Shown one piece after another: positions 40,401 through 52,374 of a stretch of DNA of 64,000 nucleotides. Source of the stretch: Octopus sinensis (taxonomy: Eukaryota); the NCBI RefSeq assembly GCF_006345805.1, contig NC_042998.1, positions 19,654,001-19,718,000 of the forward strand, written 5' to 3'. A program made the translations under genes and the position numbers. The notes below the pieces were generated by a model, which was given only the letters and a program-made list of their open reading frames with translations, was not told the origin of the DNA and made no database searches. Each line of letters starts with the position of its first letter. Within the stretch, counting starts at the first letter, position 1.

Positions 40401-40920
40401 TGATGAGGTGTTTGTTTGGTGTTGTTTGGTTGGGGGCTGACTCTTCTCCATCAGGTGATACCCGTCTGTTAAGATTGAGGGCATCACCGTCAATGGATGC
40501 CCTTGGAGGTGCAACATGATCAGAGACAGGACCCGGCAAAGCAGGGGCTGGACCTACATCCGCAGGTATACCATTAGGTCTGGTTCCCTGGGGAAGAGGA
40601 ACCCTGGTGCAGTTAATTGTAAATTCCATAGTCTTTTCAAATGGCTAATAATGTGTGCGCGCGCCACTACTACACACATTGGAAAGCATTGTACAACCAA
40701 GTACTAAAGAAGATCTTTCCTCCTCCATGAAACAAAGCTGTTCCCGCTGGACGTCAACCCAGTACTTCTAAGCTACGGGCTGAGTGATTTATTGTAAGGT
40801 TATCTCCCTAGATAGGTTGCCTTCACTACGGCTAAGGAGCCCTTTCTACCCCACTGACACAGGTTGTACTGGTTTACAGTTTACCAGTAGTAGGATACGA
40901 TGCTGCATACAACAGACCTG
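37484..40920 (-). mobile_element. Full-length RTE-clade LINE (about 3.44 kb; APE endonuclease plus RT) with two 1-bp frameshifts
   Basis: APE motifs TLNARTL, IAVQEHR, YSPH, GDLNA, QIDY and SDHRIV in 39109-40629. RT motifs NYRAISL, QNGFR, FVDFSKAFD, GILQGDTLAP, FADDI and YKYLG in 37523-39034. The 10-bp direct repeat ACCTGGTACA flanks it at 37474-37483 and 40921-40930. The 3' tail reads TGATGAATGA. Confidence 0.95.
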
Positions 40921-41554
40921 ACCTGGTACACATGGGGTCTGGAAATATTTTCTTGGGGCATAGCCACGCCTACACTTGTGTTATAATGTCTTTTGCACAT
41001 TCAAACATTCATTGCAATTGTTCAGAAGGTTGGGCCTCGAGCCAGGCTTTTCGCGACACCCATACACCCAGGAACTCTTCAGCACATCCGCCTATGTATG
41101 GTTGCCTGTATGTATGTATTTATGCATTACATATATAACTTATAATAGTAAATATACTCAATCAAAATTTCAATAATTTAATACGTAATTTGCTATATTA
41201 GAATTATCTAAATCTAATGGATCATTATCAATTTTATAAAGTGTATACACATTGTATTATTCCCTAAATAATTATGTCATTAAACTTACTTTGAAGACAT
41301 TAGCTATTCATCTAAAACTCTACATAATGCTTGCAGTCTATTACTTGCAATTACTAAGACATCGATGTGATTAATTCCTTCGGACGCCAATGTTTTTTCT
41401 TTGCAACTTTTCGGAAGTTTGGGCCCCAACTAGGCCTTTTGCGACACCTCAACAGCCTAGAACCTTACTGAACCCCCTTGTATGTGTATGTATGTATGTA
41501 TGTATGTATGTATGTATGTATGTATGTATGTATGTATGTATGTATGTATGTATG

Positions 41555-41732
41555 GGTACATGAAGCCCAGTTACAACTACAGCCGGCTATTACCAGTAAA
41601 GGTTTTAGTTGCCAATTTTGTACAAGATATTGTAGATCTTTAGCTGGGCTAAAAAGCCACATTCGATCACAGCACCAGTAACAGTTAAGCTTCGTGCAAT
41701 GGCCATACTCGATAACGAGGGGGCAGCCATAA
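41555..41732 (+). mobile_element. 3' tip of a different RTE-like LINE with a C2H2 finger, embedded in (TATG)n
   Basis: FSCQFCTRYCRSLAGLKSHIRSQH* followed by a short UTR and (TATG)n on both sides. Confidence 0.65.
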
Positions 41733-42054
41733 TGTATGTATGTATGTATGTATGCTTGTATGTATGTATGTTTGTATGTATGTATGTATATACGTATGTA
41801 TTTATGTATGCATGTGTGTGTATATATATATATATACAACACGCACCCTTGTTTTCCCCACTCTCGCCTCCCCACCTGCCAACACCTTCACACCACACTA
41901 CTACACCTTATACCGCCATACCACACATAACATCACAACACTCCACCACGCACACGTCAAGATCACCTGGCCTCTTACACACGCACATAAAAATTCTGTT
42001 ATACACACGCACGCGCACCTTCATTTTGGGATCATCACTACTTTATTTTCTCCC

Positions 42055-42349
42055 CTTGTCATGACCTTGCTGGTTGGGCCCAGTTAGAATCTTCTGATCG
42101 AGTAGCCCATCCTGCTCAAAAGGTCCCTGAATAAGGGTTGTTTAAGGATGTTAAACGAAACACTCATGTTTCCAAGGGTTATTTATTCAAACCCCAAAGA
42201 ATTCCTCTCAACACATGGCTATGATGCTTCCCCAATACTTCTGCTCTTTATCAGAGATACACATATTGGCAGCCACTAAGGGACATGCTCAACTGGTTAA
42301 GGTCAAACAACTGACAAGCATCTCTGTGGTATTGAGCAGAATATTTGCT

Positions 42350-42350
<1 letters not shown>
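42055..42350. mobile_element. Probable SINE-like dispersed repeat
   Basis: GC-richer island unrelated to its flanks and ending in a (TTA)n run; resembles octopus short interspersed repeats from memory only, not verified. Confidence 0.35.
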
Positions 42351-42385
<35 letters not shown>

Positions 42386-42622
42386 GTTATCAATTATTAT
42401 ATTTATACTATATTATATCGACATATCTCGGTAGAAGCCCATAAAACTGCTATTAGGCTGAACCATACATAATTAAATAGAACATGTTATATGCATATTC
42501 AAAAGCATATCCCGTAAACGAACTGAAAGGATTATATATATAATATTATATATATAAATGCATATATATATATATTATATATATATAATATATATATATA
42601 TAATATATATATATATAAATGC

Positions 42623-42681
<59 letters not shown>

Positions 42682-42702
42682 GCATATATATATATATATA
42701 AA

Positions 42703-42748
<46 letters not shown>

Positions 42749-42844
42749 AGAGTAAACACATAAATGTGAAACAAGGTGGAAAAAAGAGTACTCAAATACC
42801 AGTGGTAGAGTAGTATGCTTTATTTTAAGCAGCAGAAAATTCAA

Positions 42845-42892
42845 CAAATCTGTACTCTGAGTTTCTCGTTGCCGTTCATCAGACAGTTTTTG
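42845..42892 (-). ncRNA. Mirror copy of the hammerhead motif, lacking one base at the cleavage site
   Basis: Reverse complement reads CUGUCUGAUGAACGGCAACGAGAAACUCAGAGUACAG, one A shorter than the 46272-46321 copy. Confidence 0.55.
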
Positions 42893-45800
42893 CTAGAATG
42901 GAACTTATATATTAATTCAATCTATACTCTTACAAACGCTACACCTTTAAAAAGAAATGGACTTGTTTGATTGGCCCTTTAGAAAAAACGGTCAATCTTC
43001 GAGCGATAAACAAAAAGGTCAAAAATATATGTATATATATATAAAAAAACTTATAAAAATTATAATATCCGAGGAAAAAACCGAGGAAAAAACCTATTGC
43101 CGTTAATGAAGACAGTACAAATTAATGCATAGAAATTAAACCTGTTATAAATACTGCAATACATATTTATATTAAAATCTACATATATATATCAACATAC
43201 ACAAAAGGATGCGCGTAAACGCCATACATACATATACAGACGTATGAATATGAATCTAAATATACACATAAAAGCATGTGTACATATATTCACGCAAACC
43301 GTCTCGCACGCAAGCTAAAATTCATCTATGTAGCAATTCTCATATACTGAGCAAGGAGGGGGAACGAAAGAAAGGGAAAGAGAGAAAAAGGAACGAAGGA
43401 GGGATGGGGAAAAAACTTGTAACGATGTTATTGGCATCTATAGAGACCAGTATACATACACAAGTTTGAATTGATACATATACATACCGTCGTGTATATG
43501 TGTGCTTAAGCACAAGCATACTTTCACTTACACATATACAGATACGCATGCTTACAAATACATATGCTTTGCTATACACATACTTATATAAACATTCTAA
43601 TTTTGACAACATTGCTTTTTTTTAAAAAAACATTGCTTTTAAAAAATGGGTGCATTAATAAAAATATATACGAAAGACATATAAAATAAAATATAACATC
43701 CTATTTTGGGTCATTTATAAATAATCAAGGTAATATAAATAATCAAGGTAATCCTATGCAATACAATAACATGAAAACAAAGTTTGTAGGTTTTTCCTAA
43801 TATATATGTAGAAACATAAGACTTTGCTATAAATCCGTCGTAGCGCTCAAGAGTCAAAATCAAAATCAAAAATACAAAATATATACTCTATCCATATGGT
43901 ATATTTATATTCGACATTTTAAATTTAGCCGCGTGCCTACATAAGTTCATTAACTCACTTCTTTGATTCAAAGAATTATTGTCTTTGAATAAGATGTGCA
44001 TTTTCTCTAATAGGCAAAGTCTGCACTTGAAATTATATTTGTAAGCTCCATGCCTGTATGGTGCCGCCCTGTCCAGAATGCTCCATGTCACGTTGAAAGG
44101 TGGGGCTTCCTTTTCTTTTAGTTCCCAGACATATTTTGCTAGGCTGGTTTTCTTCCTATTCTCTGGGTATTTAAAAGAATTCTAATGAGAATAAAATCTT
44201 GTTTTAAATGAATTTTCTGAAGCCCCTGTGTATGTCTTGTATTCCGATGAGCCTTCCACTTGCACCTTGGCTCTATAAACTACTCCTTTCACTAGACATT
44301 TCCCTTCTAACGGACAGGAGCTTTCGTTTTTGAAATTACATTTCTTAATGGGCTCGGCACCATGTCTAATCTCAATTAGCTTCCTATTATGTTGGCTAAT
44401 GTAAGAGGCGAAATTTCTGCAACAAGAATAGCTAACCTTCAGGGTTCTTCTATTAAATATTCTGTAGAATTTATGACCCTGCTTAAAATGCTTAGAGACG
44501 AATCTCAAAAATTCCTTACCTATATTAGTCTTTACGGCCAAATTGAAAGCCGGGTTGAACCACAAAACTTTCCTGGTCCTAGTTCTTCGTGCAGCATTAT
44601 TATTAGCATTAAGCTGGTTGAACTGGATCTTCTCCGAGAATCCACTATTCTTTAATGCGCTATCGTAATAAGGTGCAGCATTATGGAATGCTGCCTCGTC
44701 CGAAGAAATTGAAGATATTTTTCTACCTACATTGCTTACTAAGTTGCTAAGGATAACTGGTGGATGGTTCGAATCTTTGCTAATATACGATAGCTTTCCA
44801 TTGGGCTTACGGAAAGGTTTAAATCTATCCGGTCTTACATTAAAATTTACGTCTAAAAAATCTACACTATTCAGGTTAGCATCTATCGTAATCCGTAAGC
44901 CCATCCTTTAAAAGAAAGCTATAAGGTCCTTCCTAAGTCTATCTGATTCATGGCCGTTTAGATTATGCGTGGCTATAAGGCCGTCATCCCTATATAAACC
45001 TGCATCTATAAATGGGAATTCTATTTTTAGATTATGGAGAATAAAGGCTCCTATGAGCATACATAATTCAGCCCCGTCGTATGCCCCCATCGGTACATCG
45101 AAAAGAGAATCCTCAGTCTTCTTAATCCAGGTGGAATCCTCGAAAAAAGAAGCGATTTCCTCGCATGCAAAATAATTTCAATTTCCGAGGTATCAAAGAA
45201 GTGAGTTAATGAACTTATGTAGGCACGCGGCTAAATTTAAAATGTCGAATATAAATATACCATATGGATAGGGTATATATTTTGTATTTTTGATTTTTGA
45301 TTTTGATTTTGACTCTTGAGCGCTACGACGGATTTATAGCAAAGTCTTATGTTTCTACATATATATTAGGAAAAACCTACAAACTTTGTTTTCATGTTAT
45401 TGTATTGCATAGGATTACCTGATTATTTATATTACCTTGATTATTTATAAATGACCCAAAATAGGATGTTATATTTTATTTTATATGTCTTTCGTATATA
45501 TTTTTATTAATGCACCCATTTTTTAAAAGCAATGTTTTTTTAAAAAAAAGCAATGTTGTCAAAATTAGAATGTTTATATAAGTATGTGTATAGCAAAGCA
45601 TATGTATTTGTAAGCATGCGTATCTGTATATGTGTAAGTGAAAGTATGCTTGTGCTTAAGCACACATATACACGACGGTATGTATATGTATCAATTCAAA
45701 CTTGTGTATGTATACTGGTCTCTATAGATGCCAATAACATCGTTACAAGTTTTTTCCCCACCCCTCCTTCGTTCCTTTTTCTCTCTTCCCTTTCTTTCGT

Positions 45801-46271
45801 TCCCCCTCCTTGCTCAGTATATGAGAATTGCTACATAGATGAATTTTAGCTTGCGTGCGAGACGGTTTGCGTGAATATATGTACACATGCTTTTATGTGT
45901 ATATTTAGATTCATATTCATACGTCTGTATATGTATGTATGGCGTTTACGCGCATCCTTTTGTGTATGTTGATATATATATGTAGATTTTAATATAAATA
46001 TGTATTGCAGTATTTATAACAGGTTTAATTTCTATGCATTAATTTGTACTGTCTTCATTAACGGCAATAGGTTTTTTCCTCGGTTTTTTCCTCGGATTTT
46101 ATAATTTTTATAAGTTTTTTTATATATATATACATATATTTTTGACCTTTTTGTTTATCGCTCGAAGATTGACCGTTTTTTCTAAAGGGCCAATCAAACA
46201 AGTCCATTTCTTTTTAAAGGTGTAGCGTTTGTAAGAGTATAGATTGAATTAATATATAAGTTCCATTCTAG

Positions 46272-46321
46272 CAAAAACTGTCTGATGAACGGCAACGAGA
46301 AACTCAGAGTAACAGATTTTG
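46272..46321 (+). ncRNA. Type I hammerhead ribozyme motif in the Penelope terminal repeat
   Basis: CUGAUGA (46282-46288), stem II CG-GCAA-CG with a non-paired A.A at its base, GAAAC (46299-46303), stem III ACU/AGU, GUA triplet (46309-46311), stem I CUGU/ACAG extended by CAAAA/UUUUG. Confidence 0.7.
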
Positions 46322-46404
46322 TTGAATTTTCTGCTGCTTAAAATAAAGTATATATATACATATATATATAAATGCATATATATATATATATATATATATA
46401 AATG

Positions 46405-46501
<97 letters not shown>

Positions 46502-46655
46502 ATATATGCATATATATATATATAATGCATATATATATATTATATATATATATATATATGCATATATATATATATATAAATGCATATATATACATATATA
46601 TATGTAAATGAAAATATATATATATGTATATATATGTATATATACATACAGAGAC

Positions 46656-46691
<36 letters not shown>

Positions 46692-46699
46692 ATATGTAT

Positions 46700-48230
46700 G
46701 TATATTTGCTAGTATTTTTTTCTTTACCCAATGCTACTGAACGGACGACAAATGATATATCTGGAAAATATCAGGCACACAGATTTACTGCTTTTCTATA
46801 GTTTAGCTACGTTTTCTTTTCCCCACAATACTACATTGATTCTGCAACATCCTCTGTCGTTTCGAAAATGATTATACAGTTATTCGACCAACGAAAAATC
46901 TACTCGTAATATTAACGTTCAAGTATTCTACTTATACACGCACATTTATGGTATTTCTCTGGGCGACACAATGTTACAATATATCAGTCACCTAGTTATA
47001 TGTTTGAAATGTAGTTAGCATCTCTGAAAATGAATATGCAGAAGAAAAAGGAGAATGACACACTAGTAGAATGATTCTGTATTTATCAACGTCAATTTGC
47101 TGACCAGCGAGTTGACTTCAACAAAGTATGAAAAGAAATATGGCACGGCTTTCAATCCGACGCTATAACGCAAGTATAAAAAATATAAATGCGCCCTTTT
47201 AAAGCCTAGCCAGGCTCATGGGCCCGGTTTCCCGTTTTAAATGGTATATGTGTTCCCCAGCGTTACTCATTTTTACCAGATGAGTGGACTGAAGCAACGT
47301 GAAATGAAGTGTTTTGCTCAAGAACACAACGCGTCGCCCGGTCCCGGAATCGAAACCACAATCTTACTATCATGGTGCTGACACCCTAACCACTAATCTA
47401 CGCGCCTCCACATAACGCAAGTAGCTCTACTATAAATACGGTTGTCTGAATTCTATAAAAGATCGTGTTCTGTTTGCATTTTTTTTTATTTTGTTTGGTT
47501 TGTTTTGCAGATTTTGTTAATACCAAAATAATTTCTAGCCTACTTTGCTGACAAATTAATAATAAAATAGCTTTTACAAGTGGAAAAGGAAACATTTTCG
47601 TTTTTATTCATATCATATAATGTATTTCTGCTTGAATAGCAAATAGAATAATCATGACTGGAATACTTTTGTAGTTTGTTTCTTATGTAACAGTTGTCAT
47701 CGATTCTAATATCAGAGAAATATTGAAGTGTGTATGATGTGTGCTTATGCACGTAACAGAAAATCCCACTGTCTTACCAAGGTCCATTCAATGCAAGCCT
47801 TGCGGCATTTTCTACTCACTTCACTGTGCTTAATATTTCAATAACATAACGATGTATTTACCAATTCACTTGCTGCTTTCTTTCCTGGAAATATTTGCAC
47901 TGACGTCTGAATCATAAATTTCTATTGATTTGTTTTTCTTCGCGTTAGTTTTGTTTGATCTACGACTTCTCTGATTGAGCTGACATATATTCAAATTGCT
48001 TTAGACACGGACACGCAACCACTTTTCAGATAATGTATTCTGGCCTAAAGCATTGAATAAGCTCTTTTATTTTAAAGATGATAGTCTGTAATTTCAATTG
48101 TTCTTGGTTACAGTTTATAGCATCCATCAACTTCATCTATGGCTACAATATTCAAGGGAATATCCATATGTTAGGATAACGGATATGGGAAAACAGGACA
48201 AAATATCTATGTGGTTTTCCGTAACTTAAC
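46700..48230 (+). pseudogene. Decayed CUB units, segment 12 (split by a SINE at 47187-47410)
   Basis: [10 protein letters not shown] near 46745-46775; TKNLLVILTF near 46890-46920; IYQSPSY 46979-46999; GIFYSLHCA*YFNNI near 47803-47848. Confidence 0.55.
47187..47410 (-). mobile_element. SINE family A copy
   Basis: High similarity to 1594-1846. Confidence 0.85.
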
Positions 48231-48239
48231 GGGGAGCGT

Positions 48240-48520
48240 CTGTGTGTCAATGCTTTCATGTGCAAAACTAAGAACGGATCTTTTCGCTTTAACCGGCAGA
48301 TTTTTAAAATAATTTCTTTGTAACTAAACGCTTTTAAACTTCGTATACTGGTAGAATGTGTTTATAAAACATCATTTCTCTTGGCTTTCTTGAAGAATTC
48401 TGTAGTTTGTAAGCTATTTGTTGTTTAATTTCTTGCATTTCGGCAATTTCAACCAATCAATGATGACTATTGAGGTGAATACAATTTCTCCGGATCTTTG
48501 TCAACAACAAAGATCCCTAA
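48240..48520. repeat. Unclassified dispersed repeat; second copy at about 53930-54185
   Basis: Shared TTTGTAACTAAAC..TTT.AAACTTCG.A.ACTGGT.GAATGTG and CATTTCGG.AATTTCAACCAA.CAATGA. Confidence 0.7.
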
Positions 48521-48671
48521 GAACTAAATTAGAAAGTAGAGTAGATGGGTAACTAAATTTCTGATCACTATGCTTGCAAAAGACAGAATTCGGCCAGAAT
48601 ATACAATTATGACATTGAGACTGAGAAGGATATGAGGAAAGGCATTTAACGTCAATATTAAAACCCTCGTG

Positions 48672-48900
48672 AAGGAGCGTGAGCAAGTAGTTAGACTGTT
48701 GCACTCACTAGATCGTGGGTTCGATTCCCTGAGTGGGCGGTACGTTGTGTTCTTGGGCAAAACACTTAATTTTCCATTGCTCCAGTCCTCTTTTTATAAG
48801 TGTGGGTTGTTGGCTTGCTCGCTTAAGCAGCGGGGTGGCGTTATTTGAAGGGTAAAACAATGCAAATGCACCTTGTAACCAGATATACAACTGATAGCCT
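48672..48900 (+). mobile_element. Diverged SINE family A-like copy
   Basis: GGGTTCGATTCC B box; GTTGTGTTCTTGGGCAAAACACTT..TTGCTCCAGTCC body. Confidence 0.7.
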
Positions 48901-49539
48901 GTTCGGTCACGTGATCACCTAATTAAAACCCTAGTGTGTGAATTGTCAGGAACGTTTGAATCTCAAAACGAATTGACTTCTAATATTTGATTAAATTGCA
49001 AATACCCAGGGTTCAAAACCCGATTATATAACCTAAGCTTTCCATCTCTTAGAAATTAATAAAATAGTGAAATACTGATGATATCGACAAACAATTGCCC
49101 AAAATTTCAGGTTTTTGTTCACCATGCTACAAACAGTTTAACACAATATGATCAGATAATTGGAGAGTTTTTCTTATTCATGTATATATATATATATATA
49201 CATTACCTTCTTGTATTTTTTTATTTGTTTCAGTCATCAGACTACGGCCAAGCAGTCGAATAAATTGACCCCAGTACATTTTTTCTCAGAATGGCAGTTA
49301 CTTTATCGGACCATTTTGCCGAACGGCTAAGTTACAGGGACGCAAGCAGACTGAGAGGCAATGGAGAAGAACGCAGCATTCGACAATCAAATTAGTTTTT
49401 CTCTAGCATTTAAGTATTTCAAAGCCTTTGTGGGCTAAACACACATACCACATACATAACTTCAAACAATCGCATCTATATAGTTTATGTATATATATAT
49501 ATGTATATATATTGTTAATCCAAACAAGAAAGCACAAAA

Positions 49540-49715
49540 AAAACACAACAACGCGAGGACGCGGAACAAATATAGTATTATTGGACGCTCAGGAAAGAAG
49601 GAAAGAAGGAGGGTTTAACGTTTCGAACGGAGCTCTTCGTCGGAAACATAGGAGAAGGAAAGATCCAGAGAAGGGAAGACAGAGGGAAAAAATCGCTAAC
49701 GGTACACACGAGGTC
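49540..49715 (-). mobile_element. Penelope-like terminal fragment containing a minimal hammerhead motif (49613-49647)
   Basis: Reverse complement reads GUUU CCGACGA AGAGCUCCGUUC GAAAC GU U AAAC. Confidence 0.55.
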
Positions 49716-49790
<75 letters not shown>

Positions 49791-49813
49791 ATGTGTGTGT
49801 GTGTGTGTGTCTG

Positions 49814-49856
<43 letters not shown>

Positions 49857-49879
49857 ATGCATATGCTCAATACAGTCTT

Positions 49880-51056
49880 ACACATCTGTTTCAGACGATT
49901 TTACTAATCGGTGTCGCATTGAATATAACCAACCCGGGATCCCGATTTAAAGAATTCACGTTACACTCTGTTTCATATTACAACCACCGGAAGCCTGAGT
50001 CCAATTTCAAATTATTCCTGAACCTTTCATATACTAATCCCTATATAAGTTTGCTAAAAATACAGATATGTTTTTAGCATTTAACACATGTAATATGAAA
50101 GATTGTACTGTCAATTTAAAATGTAGAAACAAAAAAAAATGTCTTTCTAAAAAAATCCCTAAGATTTTTATGATGCCCTTTAAAAACATTTCAAGCCATA
50201 GAGAATCCGAAGCTGCGCCTTTTTAAAATAAAAACATTGTATTTTTGTAGCTGTTTTTAATGAGAAATTGATTTCAATTATGGAATTGGCAACGTCAGTA
50301 CTTGTAATTTTCCATAAATATGTTTGGGTTATATTTGAAGTGTGCAATTAAATATTTCGGTTGCATTTGGAAGCGTTAGTTTGTTTTACAAGCAGATAAT
50401 TTAAAACTATCATTACAGTTTGAATTTATTAAAGATGAAATACGATTACAAATATATTTATACATTTCAAATGCCATCGAAATATGTATAAGAGAAAACA
50501 AAATATATTAATACCTTAAATGAAAATGAAATATATTTATTATACGAAACAAAAATATATCAACACACTTTAGATACCAACAAAATATATGTATATTCAA
50601 AGAGAAATATATTTATACACTTTAAATGCAAACGATTTGTATTTATAGATGTTACAACATGCTTATAAATTTATTGGTAGTTATTTTGATTCATCTTTTA
50701 TATCTTATTTTTTAATTGTTTTGGTAATGAAACTACGGCCATGCTGCAGCATTTGTTTGGAACGTTTTATTTGAACACATTGCTCCAGGTACTGATGTTT
50801 TTTTAAAGCCTGCTTTTATTCTATCTTTTTATTTACCGAACCGCTAAGTTACGGGGCCGCAAGCACACAAATTCACACACGCACATACACACATATATAT
50901 ATTAATACATACATACATACATATATATATATATATTAATACATATATTAATATATATATATACGTATTAATATAGATATATGTATATATGTATGTATTA
51001 ATATATATATATATATATGTGTGTATGTGTGTGTGTATATGACCATTCCGAAATAT

Positions 51057-51125
<69 letters not shown>

Positions 51126-51600
51126 TATGTGTGTGTGTGTGTGTGTGTGTTCGTGCATGTATGTACACACACATATATATATGTATATATACAATGATCT
51201 TCTGCCCTTAGCTTTAATGGAAGATACTTGCTCAAAGTCCCATCAGAGAACTGAACCTGGTGGTTCAGTTCTCTGATGGAAATATATTGAAGAGAGAAGT
51301 AAAATTCAAATGAACCTTAATCTCGAAACGCGTATATGACTAATCCTGGTCGTGTTGATTCCCTGTTTATCACTTTGCCTTCGTAAAAAGCTATGTTTAT
51401 CATCATGGATATTCTTATAGTATCAGGAGAGGAATTTTTTAAAGTCCTATTTCTAATTTCGGTATGTGATGATGCAATTAGCTGAAACCTAATTATAATT
51501 ATGTGAATAATTTTACCTATAAAGATTATTTTAACGTACCAATCTACTTGGTAAAATTATTAATTAACTGATTAATTAATTAAATTAATAAATTTTACCC
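49880..51600 (+). pseudogene. Decayed CUB units, segment 13 (split by a SINE fragment and microsatellites at about 50695-51190)
   Basis: NITNPGSRF near 49922; YVWVI near 50318; WKYIEERSKIQMNLNLE 51277-51327. Confidence 0.5.
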
Positions 51601-51641
51601 TTGTAATATTAATTTAAAATTATATATATATATATATATAT

Positions 51642-51990
51642 AAAAAGTGGCACTCCGTCGGTTACGACGATGATGGTTCCCGTTGATCTGATCAACGTGA
51701 AATTAACCTGCAAGTAGCTGAGCACTCAACACATTTACCCTCAATGTAGCTCTCAGGGAGATTGAGAGTATGACAAGGCTGTCCCTGCCAAATCCTGCTA
51801 CAACAGAACCAGGAAGAAAGGGTGAGAGAAAGTTGTGGTGAAAGAATACAGCAGGGTTCATCACCAACCCCTGTCTGAGCCTCAGGTGTTTTCACTTAAT
51901 AAACACTCACAACGCCCTCTCTGGGAATCGAAACTGCGATCCTACGACCGCGAGTCCGCTACCCTAACCACTGGTCCATTGCGCCTCCAT
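51642..51990 (-). mobile_element. tRNA-headed SINE with a different 3' body
   Basis: Reverse complement begins GGAGGCGCAATGGACCAGTGGTTAGGGTAGCGGACTCGCGGTCGTAGGATCGCAGTTTCGATTCCC. Confidence 0.75.
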
Positions 51991-52374
51991 ATATATATAT
52001 GTGTGTGTGTGTGTGTGTTTGTGTGTGTGTGTGCGCGCGCATTTATGCGTCTGTCGTTTAGTATTTGCCTTGAGTAGGAAACAAATTCATATTCTGTCTT
52101 GGCTTGTATTAATTTTCTGTGTCTATTATTCTTTGCATTTCTGTTTATATTTCTCTTGATATTGTGTTCGAGGTTCAGTAAATACCTGTCTCACATCCCA
52201 AATTAGAAAAAGCGTGCAAATGCATTAATTACAAAATTAATATGCGTGTATATTTTAGTGAACAATACTCATAAAGCAAATCTGAGTATTGACATATGCA
52301 CAATATTGGGATTTTCTGCATTTTTTATTATTTCTACAAAAAACATTCTATGAATATATTTAATAGATTATGAA

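Larger units (their letters stand above)
42748..46349 (-). mobile_element. Penelope-like element (RT plus GIY-YIG), 5'-truncated, with an inverted copy of its 3' end
   Basis: RT MGAYDGAELC..GLYRDDGL (44908-45090); VDFLDV, SNHPP, WFNP and GIY-YIG-like VVYRA...YTG..FKTRFYSH (44182-44904); inverted repeat of about 1.15 kb at 42815-43967 versus 45192-46349. Confidence 0.92.
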
